This document shows positions 1 to 8,366 of a DNA stretch of 32,000 bases, in pieces (position 1 is the stretch's first letter; the number at the start of each line of letters is the position of its first letter). Below the pieces are notes generated by a model, which saw only the letters and a program-made list of their open reading frames with translations, was not told the DNA's origin and searched no databases. The stretch is from Corynebacterium glutamicum ATCC 13032. Its GTDB lineage: Bacteria; Actinomycetota; Actinomycetes; Mycobacteriales; Mycobacteriaceae. A program made the position numbers and the translations under genes. Location of the stretch: contig NC_003450.3 of assembly GCF_000011325.1 (NCBI RefSeq), positions 1,980,001 through 2,012,000 on the forward strand. Direction: 5' to 3'.

Positions 1-888
1 ACCCTCACCACTGTCTGCGCCGTACTGGGTATAGTTGCAGCTCATCCATTCCACGCCTCTGCTGTCATCGGCGGCTCTGTCCCATCAACTGATTCCGTTG
101 CCAACGCTGTCGCAAAAATCGGACCAGGCGCATTGAACTGCAGCGGTGTCATGATCTCACCATCGTGGGCACTCACCGCACGCCACTGTGTCGATGACAT
201 CAACATACTCGGCGACATCGACACCATCACGCCTATTACTCCAGGTATTCATCGCAATGAAGGTAACTATATGGGTGAGGTTTACCGCGCACCGTCCGGT
301 GATCTAGCGCTCATTAATATCAACGGCGTGCACAAGGGCACCATTGCGCAGCTCCCCACACAAGAATATCCACTGGGAACCGCTGCACAGTCAGTCGGTT
401 TTGGTGGCGGTGGTGTCAATATCCGCACCGCTGAATCGGTCAACATGATTCTCACCGACATATATAGCGTGAGGTCAGGGAAATTCCATCACGGTGTCGG
501 TCGATCACACTATCTCCTCTTTGATTATGACAGTGCTGAAACTGGTCGAATCCACAAAGGTGATTCTGGGGGCCCCATCTTCATTGGTGACGAGGTTGTG
601 GGCATTATGTCTCACGGCACAATAAATAAGAACGACGGGTCTTTTGATGACGAATCCGGCGCTGATGTATTTGCCTCTCTTGAGTGGATTCTCGACACCA
701 CCGGCATCACAGTGACAGACACTGCCGAGGACAACAACGATAACTCTGACAACGACGATGTTGACTCAAAAGAAGGTCCTGCATCAAATACATCACTTGT
801 ACTCACTGATAACGGACCGTCACGCATTGGTAGCAACACTTCTTCAGCACTCATCGGATTATCCTCAGAAGCACTATTTTCTTCTTAA
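1..888 (+). CDS. Secreted trypsin-like (S1 family) serine protease; 5' end lies outside the window
   Basis: Frame 1 is open from base 1 (..TVCAVLGIVAAHPFHASA|VIGGS.., tail of a signal peptide followed by a mature IGG-type N-terminus). Catalytic triad contexts are present: LTARHC (His), GDLALINI (Asp), KGDSGGPIF (Ser). The C-terminal tail is Asp/Asn/Ser-rich and low-complexity. Confidence 0.85.
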   Translation, partial: TLTTVCAVLGIVAAHPFHASAVIGGSVPSTDSVANAVAKIGPGALNCSGVMISPSWALTARHCVDDINILGDIDTITPITPGIHRNEGNYMGEVYRAPSGDLALININGVHKGTIAQLPTQEYPLGTAAQSVGFGGGGVNIRTAESVNMILTDIYSVRSGKFHHGVGRSHYLLFDYDSAETGRIHKGDSGGPIFIGDEVVGIMSHGTINKNDGSFDDESGADVFASLEWILDTTGITVTDTAEDNNDNSDNDDVDSKEGPASNTSLVLTDNGPSRIGSNTSSALIGLSSEALFSS

Positions 889-890
889 CT

Positions 891-917
891 CGCACCTCAT
901 CTGGTGTGGGTTTTTTT
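891..917 (+). terminator. Probable intrinsic terminator after the protease gene
   Basis: cgcacc-tcatct-ggtgtg hairpin (6 bp including one G-U) followed by ggttttttt. Confidence 0.5.
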
Positions 918-964
918 GCATTTTTTACACACCCCACTCCACACACACTCGCAAAGGATTCATC

Positions 965-1660
965 ATGAGCAACAATGCTCTTTTAGTAGCAAACGAAGCC
1001 GACATCGGTCTCTACCTCCACTGGAATGGTGGTCGCGACTCGATTGAGGCGTTTCTCGCCTACGCCGCATACGCGCAGTTACCACCCATCAACGAAAATA
1101 ACGATTGGTTGCCACCGTTTATTACTGTGCTGAAGAACTTCTTCGGCAATGATGGTTCTGGCGTCTACCTCGAACCTGTCAATCAGGATTATCTCGACGG
1201 CATCGACTATGACAACGGTGTTTACATGCTTGACGATTATGAGATCACTGAGCGTATTAATCCACCCGCTGTTGAGCAAGACTCCCACGATCTCCACGAC
1301 ATGTTGATCAAAATTGATAAAGCTCAACCACCTGTCGATCAACTCGGGAGTTTTCTCCATGGCCTAGAGACCTCTGTCGCAGATTTGGGGGTTGGTGATC
1401 GCGTATTTTTGCCACGTTTTAGCACCTTTGATAAGAAACTCGGTCGCTACCGCATCCACACTGTTCTCGGATTCGCTGAGAACGATCCGTTTAACCCTAT
1501 GACCAGCAGCGAGCGATTTAAAGGTAAGCCCTATGTCGATATGTTCGACAATCAAGACAACGCCTTTAACCCAAATTCCTATATCACTACAGATACCGTG
1601 CGCATCGTTGTCGATCCTGTACCGGAAACTAATCCCGACGATGAGAAAGCAGGACGCTAG
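965..1660 (+). CDS. Hypothetical prophage protein (231 aa)
   Basis: ATG at 965 is preceded by aaagga. The upstream part of the 758..1660 ORF overlaps the protease gene and is unlikely to be translated. No family recognised. Confidence 0.7.
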   Translation: MSNNALLVANEADIGLYLHWNGGRDSIEAFLAYAAYAQLPPINENNDWLPPFITVLKNFFGNDGSGVYLEPVNQDYLDGIDYDNGVYMLDDYEITERINPPAVEQDSHDLHDMLIKIDKAQPPVDQLGSFLHGLETSVADLGVGDRVFLPRFSTFDKKLGRYRIHTVLGFAENDPFNPMTSSERFKGKPYVDMFDNQDNAFNPNSYITTDTVRIVVDPVPETNPDDEKAGR

Positions 1661-1662
1661 CC

Positions 1663-2031
1663 ATGTCTCGCAGCTACCCCATCTACATCATTTCTTTTGC
1701 CCCAGCGGATGATCTCCACGGCGTTGGAGGATTCGAGTGGGTTCCAGCATCAACACCAGAAAACAAAGCTGCCGCCTTCACGACCTTTGATCGTCAATTC
1801 GATGATTCTCGTAACAATGGTGGCTCGCATATTGTGCGTCTACTCAATATCTCTGATCCCAATATCACAGCGGATATGACCCAAGACGATATTACCGCGT
1901 ACCTCGACTCAAACATCGACCGCTGGGAATCCACGGAACATGCGCTCAAGCAGTTTGTCCCACTTAACGCGGGTGCTGATCGCGTACCTACCGGTGGTGC
2001 CGACGAGCACATTACCCACGCCTGCCGCTAA
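1663..2031 (+). CDS. Hypothetical prophage protein (122 aa)
   Basis: The ATG lies 2 nt after the preceding stop (tightly packed operon). No family recognised. Confidence 0.65.
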   Translation: MSRSYPIYIISFAPADDLHGVGGFEWVPASTPENKAAAFTTFDRQFDDSRNNGGSHIVRLLNISDPNITADMTQDDITAYLDSNIDRWESTEHALKQFVPLNAGADRVPTGGADEHITHACR

Positions 2032-2035
2032 TAAC

Positions 2036-2132
2036 TGTGCAGCGTAGCTGCACACGGATTCACCTGCGCTGTGGATGCATCCCAACACCACAACACCGCC
2101 CCTAGTGCCATAAATGCTAGGGGTGTTTTTTT
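2036..2132 (+). terminator. Two hairpins; the second is a rho-independent terminator
   Basis: tgtgcagc-gta-gctgcaca (2036-2054, 8-bp stem). Then gcccctag-N11-ctagggg followed by tgttttttt (2098-2132). Confidence 0.6.
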
Positions 2133-2175
2133 CATACCCACAACACCGTTCTTCTCTAGAAAGAGACTCGATACT

Positions 2176-2820
2176 ATGCCTCATAACCCCATCGAACTTC
2201 ACACTAATGATGTACTCGATGCTCTCGACATTGACGCCATCTGCGACGATGTGTTTCTCTACACCGACTTCGAGCACACCCCAGGTCAGCTTGATCGCTT
2301 CGAGCAACTCGCCTTCACAAAAATCTACGACATGCTGGAAACAGCTGCTGAAAAATTCCCAGATGTAGCAATTAATGACACTTTAAGCACTGGCAACCAC
2401 GCTGCTGAACAGTACTTTCTTGCCAATCCCGGCAACATCATCGTGCTGACCAGCTTCGCGCTCAATCAGACCGATCTCCGCGACCTCATAATCTCACCGT
2501 GCATTAAGTACACAGCACATGCACGAGCACTCATGCGTGCGGTGACACGAACATTGTGCACTGCAAACAACCCTGTAGAACGCGCGACTATCTTCCCTGT
2601 GTCTGTCGCTAATGCCTTAAGCATCGAAGCGCTGTGTTCCGAATATCATGCGTTCCGCACCAAGCAGGTGCTCAACACTGCTGCACTCATCAATCCTGAT
2701 AACACTCTTATACCCATGTTGTTGAGCAAAGCGTATGAGGCATACGCCTGGCACAAGGGTGTCGAATCCGCGCAACGAGGTAGCAACCTAGCTCGTGAGT
2801 ACTACGCAGGACTTATCTGA
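2176..2820 (+). CDS. Hypothetical prophage protein (214 aa)
   Basis: The internal ATG at 2176 is preceded by aaagag and lies downstream of the terminator, so the 2071 start is unlikely. No family recognised. Confidence 0.65.
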   Translation: MPHNPIELHTNDVLDALDIDAICDDVFLYTDFEHTPGQLDRFEQLAFTKIYDMLETAAEKFPDVAINDTLSTGNHAAEQYFLANPGNIIVLTSFALNQTDLRDLIISPCIKYTAHARALMRAVTRTLCTANNPVERATIFPVSVANALSIEALCSEYHAFRTKQVLNTAALINPDNTLIPMLLSKAYEAYAWHKGVESAQRGSNLAREYYAGLI

Positions 2821-3085
2821 AAATTCACTACTCAACTCTGGCCCCAACTAACCCGTTCACACACCTAGCCCAGAAAGGCTCGAACACCCATGATCGTTGA
2901 GGTAGCTCCGAGACCGAAGAGATCAGCCTCATTGATGATGATTCCCCTGATCTCGATGAGGACGATAACACCGTGCTCATCGCCGAAGACATCCGTGATA
3001 TGGATGACTATGGCGAAGATCATCCTGATCTTTAAAGCTCACTGTTAAGCCCGCAGCGAGCTTATCGCTACACCCACCTTTTTAA

Positions 3086-3125
3086 CCGCCTGTGCAACTA
3101 ACCCTGTTGTGCAGGCGGTTTTCTC
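3086..3125 (+). terminator. Rho-independent terminator
   Basis: ccgcctgtgcaac-taaccct-gttgtgcaggcgg (13-bp stem with two G-U pairs) followed by ttttctc. Confidence 0.65.
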
Positions 3126-3185
3126 TATCTACACCAACAACTCCACAACACTATCCGGTCCAAATCTAGAAAAGAGACAACCCCC

Positions 3186-3551
3186 ATGACCTCCCCCACC
3201 ACGTTAAAGCCCTGGTCTATTCGCGGACCCATCGACGGTGAATACACCATGCTTGAGGCATATCCGTTTCAGTATGTAGCAAATACTCGCCCGGCCATCA
3301 TGCTCTACGCACTCGATGAAAACGGTGTACCGGAACAATATGCCGACCTCACCATCAACCTTGCCGATGTGGAGCTCAAGCAACTTAACCACGTCATCAT
3401 TAACCCAGATCTGCACGCTGATGTTACCGAACTGTGCATTAGCGCCGGCCTGCTGCGACCTGGTGTTCTGGGCCAGCACCAAGTCGGTAGCACCACCGCC
3501 AAGGTCTACCGACTCACTGAGCGTGCTGATGGCTGGCTACAGCTGTTTTAG
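3186..3551 (+). CDS. Hypothetical prophage protein (121 aa)
   Basis: RBS gaaaagag upstream of the ATG. The motif ALDENGVPEQYADLTINL vaguely recalls small DUF proteins of mobile elements, but I cannot assign it. Confidence 0.65.
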   Translation: MTSPTTLKPWSIRGPIDGEYTMLEAYPFQYVANTRPAIMLYALDENGVPEQYADLTINLADVELKQLNHVIINPDLHADVTELCISAGLLRPGVLGQHQVGSTTAKVYRLTERADGWLQLF

Positions 3552-3610
3552 CAGCTACCTGCGCCTAATCCCCCCACCCATACTCACTCCAAAACAAGAA
3601 AGTAGTCATC

Positions 3611-3886
3611 ATGCCTCAGTACACCATCACAATCACCGACGAGCAGAAAGCTGTTCTACACAGCCTCACCAACCCCCATATCGCCACTGCTGAACACGGC
3701 GCTATCACCGCAATCGAGATTCATGACGACCACGATGTTGTTGTCTATCACGTTCAACCAGACGGCACACTAACTTACGAGCGCCTTGTTGAAGGCTTCC
3801 ATTACGGCTGGACACGTTTTGACAGCGAAGGTTTTGAGATCGACTCCGACAATAACCGCGTTGTAGACGGACTCCGCGACGAATAG
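3611..3886 (+). CDS. Hypothetical prophage protein (91 aa)
   Basis: RBS gaaagtag before the ATG, with protein-like composition. Confidence 0.6.
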   Translation: MPQYTITITDEQKAVLHSLTNPHIATAEHGAITAIEIHDDHDVVVYHVQPDGTLTYERLVEGFHYGWTRFDSEGFEIDSDNNRVVDGLRDE

Positions 3887-3917
3887 TTAACAACAACGAC
3901 CGCACAGAAAGGTAGTC

Positions 3918-4184
3918 ATGTCTACAACCAAGACACCTAGATCCACTATCACCGCCCCCATCGACCAGCTCAGCCCCATAATGCGGTGGGTGTTTCAAGC
4001 AACAAACTTTCTCGGTTCGCTCATCAAGCCACTACTTATTGTCACAGCACTAGTGCTGGTAGTAGCAGCACTTACCCCTGAGCGCTTCCATGAAACGCTG
4101 GTACTAAATATCCTCGCCTTCTCTGCAGGCTACGCAGTGCTGCGCCTAGTTCGCAGCCTGCGCCGACTTTTGCAGCGCCACTAA
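3918..4184 (+). CDS. Small two-TM membrane protein with a basic C-terminus (holin-like topology, 88 aa)
   Basis: RBS agaaagg. Hydrophobic segments FLGSLIKPLLIVTALVLVVAAL and LVLNILAFSAGYAVL are followed by RLVRSLRRLLQRH. Confidence 0.6.
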   Translation: MSTTKTPRSTITAPIDQLSPIMRWVFQATNFLGSLIKPLLIVTALVLVVAALTPERFHETLVLNILAFSAGYAVLRLVRSLRRLLQRH

Positions 4185-4216
4185 ACACCCAAACACAACA
4201 AGAAAGAAACACCACT

Positions 4217-4453
4217 ATGGCACAATACCGCGTCAGTTTTATCGCGCTCGCCGAGTCAACCATCGAGGTCGAAGCAGACAGTCCTGAAGAAGCACTCGAC
4301 CTAGCCAATGCAGAATTTGACTACCCGGTCACCTTGGCCGGCGATCCCTATGAGCTGCACGACTGGGAAGCACGCGCTGAAATTGAATGGCTCGATACCA
4401 GCTCGACCCCGCAGCAACGCCTTGGAGAACATGTCGTCAAGATCGAAGATTAA
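4217..4453 (+). CDS. Small acidic protein, paralog A (78 aa)
   Basis: RBS agaaagaaa. Shares the EVEADSPEEA core and QQRLGE tail with the next gene. Confidence 0.7.
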   Translation: MAQYRVSFIALAESTIEVEADSPEEALDLANAEFDYPVTLAGDPYELHDWEARAEIEWLDTSSTPQQRLGEHVVKIED

Positions 4454-4494
4454 ACTCGATCATTAAACACACTCTTAAGATAAGGACACTAATT

Positions 4495-4731
4495 ATGGCA
4501 ACCCACCGCGTTCATTTTGTCGCAACCGCATCCGCCTACATCGACGTTGAGGCAGATTCCCCCGAAGATGCTATAGAAAAAGCGTATGATCTCGCCGGTG
4601 ATCTGCCCGGCCTCATCGCCGACAACGAATTTGATCTCGGTGAATGGGAGGTACAGGCCGATGTCCAGTGGCCTGATAACTCTGTACCTCGCGAGCAACG
4701 CCTTGAAGAGGGCGTTGACCTGCTCGATTAA
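4495..4731 (+). CDS. Small acidic protein, paralog B (78 aa)
   Basis: ATG at 4495 follows taaggac. Same length as paralog A, with DVEADSPEDA and EQRLEE motifs collinear with it. Confidence 0.7.
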   Translation: MATHRVHFVATASAYIDVEADSPEDAIEKAYDLAGDLPGLIADNEFDLGEWEVQADVQWPDNSVPREQRLEEGVDLLD

Positions 4732-4747
4732 ACAGAATTAACTCAAA

Positions 4748-4798
4748 CCCCCTCGTGCTTCTGCGTTTTTCGCAGCTGCACGAGGGGGTTATTTTTTT
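4748..4798 (+). terminator. Strong rho-independent terminator
   Basis: ccccctcgtgc ... gcacgaggggg (11-bp perfect stem with an inner ctgcg/cgcag stem) followed by ttattttttt. Confidence 0.8.
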
Positions 4799-5091
4799 AA
4801 GGACCGCACGACTGGTGGTGGTGCCAGATGAAAAAGAGATGAGTGCACACGCCAGGCGTGCACAAGGTGTCCAGTCCTTGCTGCTGTGTGGGACAGCAGC
4901 CGGGGTGGAGTGCGAAGATCAGGGGTACAGGTTATCTGTTCTGGTTAAGGCTTACAGTTAGCACTAACGTGCTAACACTGCTCAAGGTGCCAACACGTGC
5001 ATGTCGTGCACCTTTGATACCTTAAACACAGTTAACAACCACAAGCTCAAGATCTATTAAAAAACACTCAACCACAAAGGAAACAATCACC

Positions 5092-5367
5092 ATGTTCGTC
5101 GCATTTATGATCCCTATTGTTATGGCACTTGGTGCCATGGCTGTTATTACCCTCTTTGGGCAAAACCCATCCCAGCGCCGCAAGCGCGCCCAACAGCAAT
5201 CCAAAGATCGCTACGAGGGCGCTATTCGCTCCGGTCAATTTATTGACCACTGCAACTGCCCACGTTGCCGACGCAACTGCCGTCGCCGGCACAAGAAGCT
5301 CAAAGGCTTCAGCGGATACCCCGATGAAATTCTGGGGAAGTATCCTGTTAAATACCTTTCCAGTTAA
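5092..5367 (+). CDS. Small membrane-anchored protein with a Cys/Arg-rich tail (91 aa)
   Basis: RBS aaagga. N-terminal TM segment MFVAFMIPIVMALGAMAVITLFG, then DHCNCPRCRRNCRRRHKK (a putative metal-binding knuckle). Confidence 0.6.
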   Translation: MFVAFMIPIVMALGAMAVITLFGQNPSQRRKRAQQQSKDRYEGAIRSGQFIDHCNCPRCRRNCRRRHKKLKGFSGYPDEILGKYPVKYLSS

Positions 5368-5368
5368 C

Positions 5369-5419
5369 AACACCCAACAACAGCGCTAGAAAAAATGCCT
5401 GTGGTTGGGTGTTTTTTTT
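5369..5419 (+). terminator. Terminator between the convergent 5092-5367 gene and int
   Basis: aacacccaac ... gttgggtgtt (10-bp perfect stem, 25-nt loop) followed by a T8 run. Confidence 0.6.
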
Positions 5420-5438
5420 GAAACTCACTGCCGAGTGT

Positions 5439-6590
5439 TTAGCGCGCCATGCGCTTTGCTAGCTCTTCATCACGCTCGCCTGAGTGCTGATAACGCAGTG
5501 CTGCACTAGGTGTTGAGTGCCCCAGCCGCGCCATCACCTCCTTGAGTGTCGCCCCAACCTGTGCATACTTCGTACCCGAATAATGCCTCATCGAGTGAAC
5601 GGTCGCTTTACTGTGGACACTTTCCCGCGCCCTATCCCAGTTGTGCTTAAAGGTGTGATACGGCATGGGTTCATCAGGATCTCTCATCGAGCTCCATAGT
5701 CGCAAACCCACATCAATCGTGTCCACATGCTTGGCAATTTCTGCTGCATCTTTGCCATAGATATAGAGGCTACGAACACCAGCTTCAGTTTTAGGCGGAC
5801 CTTCAACTCGGCCATGGTATCTCGTGTGCCTAATGCTCCGAGAAATCCTTATTCGAACACAATCTACAAATCCGCTGCGATCAAAATAAACATCCACATC
5901 AGTGGTACGCAGCGCAACGATTTCACCGAATCGAAGTGCACCAGCGGCAGCAACAATAGCCAAACAAAAGTACTTACTCGGCAGTGCACCAATGATCGCC
6001 TCAAGCTCGGCATCGGTTGGGACATCAACCTTTTTGCCTGTTTTCGTATTACCCCCGCCACGGACTTTGCACGGATTCATCGGGATAATGCCATCCTCCA
6101 CTGCAGTCTCCATGACAGACTTCATCATGCTGTAACTCCGCGCCATTGAGGTCAATTTACCGTCCTGAATAGTATCGCTATACCACTCACGGACATCAGC
6201 GACAGTGATTTCACAGAGCGCATAATCAGCCCAATAACTTAGTCGATCTGATTTTATATAACGAAAGTAATCATCTTTCACCCCTTGGCTGAGTTTCTTT
6301 CCTTGGGCATTTGTCCGGGTTTCTATCCACCTCGATGCATAACTGAAGAAGGTCTCCATCATGCGTTCTTCGGCTTCGCGCTGTGCCTGCTCGAACCTCT
6401 CCCGCATCTCAAAATCCATCCATGTGCCATTGATGATGGCCGTGCGTTCAGAGGCCAAGAACTCCTGCGCCTCACCCTTGGTACCGAAGGTATACGGGGC
6501 AGAGTATCGCCTACCCTCGTGCATGAAGCGTGCCCTGTACCTCCCCGAGCGCAACTTCTCGATCTCTCCCCAATTCCTCGATCGTGACAT
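5439..6590 (-). CDS. int: Phage tyrosine integrase (383 aa), intact
   Basis: N-terminal arm-binding-type domain (GRYRARFMHEGRRYSAPYTFGTKGEAQEFL). Catalytic-domain signatures are GEIVALRTTDV (Arg), HSMRHYSGT (H-x-x-R) and LGHSTPSAALRYQH (His and the nucleophilic Tyr). It sits adjacent to the att-like site. Confidence 0.9.
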   Translation of the reverse strand: MSRSRNWGEIEKLRSGRYRARFMHEGRRYSAPYTFGTKGEAQEFLASERTAIINGTWMDFEMRERFEQAQREAEERMMETFFSYASRWIETRTNAQGKKLSQGVKDDYFRYIKSDRLSYWADYALCEITVADVREWYSDTIQDGKLTSMARSYSMMKSVMETAVEDGIIPMNPCKVRGGGNTKTGKKVDVPTDAELEAIIGALPSKYFCLAIVAAAGALRFGEIVALRTTDVDVYFDRSGFVDCVRIRISRSIRHTRYHGRVEGPPKTEAGVRSLYIYGKDAAEIAKHVDTIDVGLRLWSSMRDPDEPMPYHTFKHNWDRARESVHSKATVHSMRHYSGTKYAQVGATLKEVMARLGHSTPSAALRYQHSGERDEELAKRMAR

Positions 6591-6940
6591 ATATCACAAA
6601 CCCTCTTCCACTTTTCCGCATAGTTTTCAGGTTGAGAAATGTCATTCAGTGAAGGTGTCAAAGTAGTCACTTAGTGTCATTACCAGTCACTTTAGACATT
6701 TTCCCCTGCTGGTCGAGGGTGATTTTAGCATCCTTGTTCACATTTGTCATTGTCATTTATGCGTATAAAAGGCAAACAGAAGCCATCGCTCATCCCCTCT
6801 CCCGCGTGGGGTGAGCGTGGGGTGAGTGGATTCATTTCTGGTCACTCTTGGGCGCTTTCTGCTGAAATGAAGCCATCGCGACCTCGCGTTTTGTAAAGGC
6901 ACCAGGTCGCTACAGCTGGTTCGAACCCAGCTAGGACCAC
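5843..6940. repeat. Copy 1 of a ~1.1-kb direct repeat (int 5' half + arm region + tRNA-like core)
   Basis: Collinear with 14584-15680 at an offset of 8740-8741 nt. Differences are scattered substitutions plus one 1-nt indel. Similarity stops abruptly after ctaggaccac (6940 / 15680). Confidence 0.9.
6915..6939 (+). other. tRNA 3'-end-like segment (T-arm + acceptor 3' strand + discriminator); candidate att core, inner copy
   Basis: gctgg-ttcgaac-ccagc (5-bp T-stem, canonical TTCGAAC T-loop), then taggacc and a. No matching 5' acceptor, D-arm or anticodon arm lies upstream, so this is a fragment and not a gene. Confidence 0.6.
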
Positions 6941-7503
6941 TTGTTTAGCACCTGCTTGCAGGGGTTTTATTCATTTATAGGGTCAAAAAACATGCGTTTG
7001 TGGGGTGAAAGGATTCATTACAGGTACTTTTAAGCACCTCCTGGTCACTCCCGCTAGTTTTATTCACGATCCGCGTCCAGCTGCGACAAACCGCACTATA
7101 GGGGCACCTTTGATGCGTCTCCGCTGTGCATAATTTTTTGCAAGATGCCCCTCCTGGCCCTTTTCTGTCATGCATAATATGCAGAGGTTTTTTCCCACCC
7201 CACAAACCCAGCTATGAGGTTTACCCCTGGAAATGTGTACCTACAAAGGGGCAATGCCGCGGGCTAAAACAACATTTGTGCACACATATATCTGTGATTA
7301 ATAGCGCCCGCTCACCCCTGCCCCACAGGTCCCCCGGCTCACTTTTTTGACCCTCACCCCAAGGCAAACCCTGAGTCAAAAAACAGTTCCCACAGATCCA
7401 CTACGCGCCCCAAAACAGCACTCTCACACGGGCCCGACCCCTTGAAAGTAGACACAGGGGATTTAATCAGGAAGCAGACTTCAGAATAGCAGAACCCTGG
7501 ACC

Positions 7504-8354
7504 TCAAACACCGCAGGCGCCACATAGCCACACCAAGAATGTCTGCGCACCGTGTTGTACTAGGTCACACCACCGAAATACCTCCCGACGGCACACCAAC
7601 TGATTAGCAAACGTCTTGGAATCCTGCAGCACTTCCCGCTTGAGCGCGGCATTAAACGACTCCGCTAGCGAATTATCCGCACTGGTACCAACAGCACCCA
7701 TCGACTGACGAACACCCAACTTTTTACAAGTGTCCTGAAACGCCTGCGAGGTGTACACACTGCCGTGATCCGAATGAAAAACAGCACCCTGTAGACTGCC
7801 TCGCTGACTCTTCGCCATCATCAACGCCTCCTGCACCAATGACGTGCGCATATGATCCGCAAAGGCAAAACCCACCAACCGTGCTAAGAATAGCAATCAA
7901 TGACCGTCGTCAAATACATATTCGACCCATCAGCAATCGGCAGATAAGTAATATCCCCGACGTAAACTTCATTGGCAGCCAAAGCGTTGAATTGACGCTT
8001 CACCAAGTCCGGGAACACCGGCTTGACAGCTGCTGGGATTGTGGTGATGACCTTGCGTTTCTTCGTAAAACCAACAAGCTTCATCGAAGACATCACTCGA
8101 GCGACTCGCTTGTGGTTAACCGGAGTTGTTGTACCTGGCCCGTCATTAAGCTCGGCCGTAATACGTTTCGCACCATAACAGCCGCGTTCTTTAGTGAAGA
8201 TGGACTTGATCTTCGCTCCCAGGACTGCGTCGCTGAGCAGGAGTTTCTTCCTCGTCAGAGCAGTCTTTTTCCATTTGTAATACGAGGAACGGTTAATTTT
8301 CAACACTTCGCATAACCGCTTAACTTCAGTAGGTTTTTCGCACGTCGTCAACAA
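7504..8354 (-). pseudogene. IS3-family transposase orfB (DDE), frameshifted
   Basis: Two ORFs (7884-8354 and 7504-7896) carry YVGDITYLP (D), FHSDHGSVYTS (D) and DNSLAESFNAALKRE (E). The frame breaks between ..TVIDCYS and ..RLVGFAFADHMRT. The C-terminal end (FRWCDLVQHGAQTF..) also looks out of frame compared with the usual ..YN..R.H..L ending. Confidence 0.8.
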
Positions 8355-8366
8355 ACCAGAAGCGGG

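Noticed and set aside
758-964. Long N-terminal extensions of ORFs 758-1660, 2071-2820, 4387-4731 and 21955-23337
   Set aside because: Each extension overlaps the preceding gene or a terminator. An internal ATG with a proper RBS (at 965, 2176, 4495 and 22126) gives the sensible gene.
4755-5025. ORFs 4755-4961 and 4843-5025 as genes
   Set aside because: They have no RBS, begin inside or just after a terminator, have Cys/Arg/Gly-rich composition, and coincide with the hairpin cluster. A non-coding interpretation is preferred.
6860-6940. Possible complete tRNA gene (and likewise at 15600-15680)
   Set aside because: Only a T-arm, a 3' acceptor strand and a discriminator are recognisable. Upstream there is no complementary 5' acceptor strand (GGTCCTA), no D-arm and no 5-7-5 anticodon arm. 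The gcgacct...aggtcgc stem has a 19-nt loop. Starting from GGTCATT would need a 100-nt molecule with a mismatched acceptor. I treat it as an att-core fragment.
6975-7350. ORFs 6975-7205 (-) and 7126-7350 (+) in the inter-element spacer
   Set aside because: They have no RBS and implausible composition, and they overlap each other in repeat-debris DNA.
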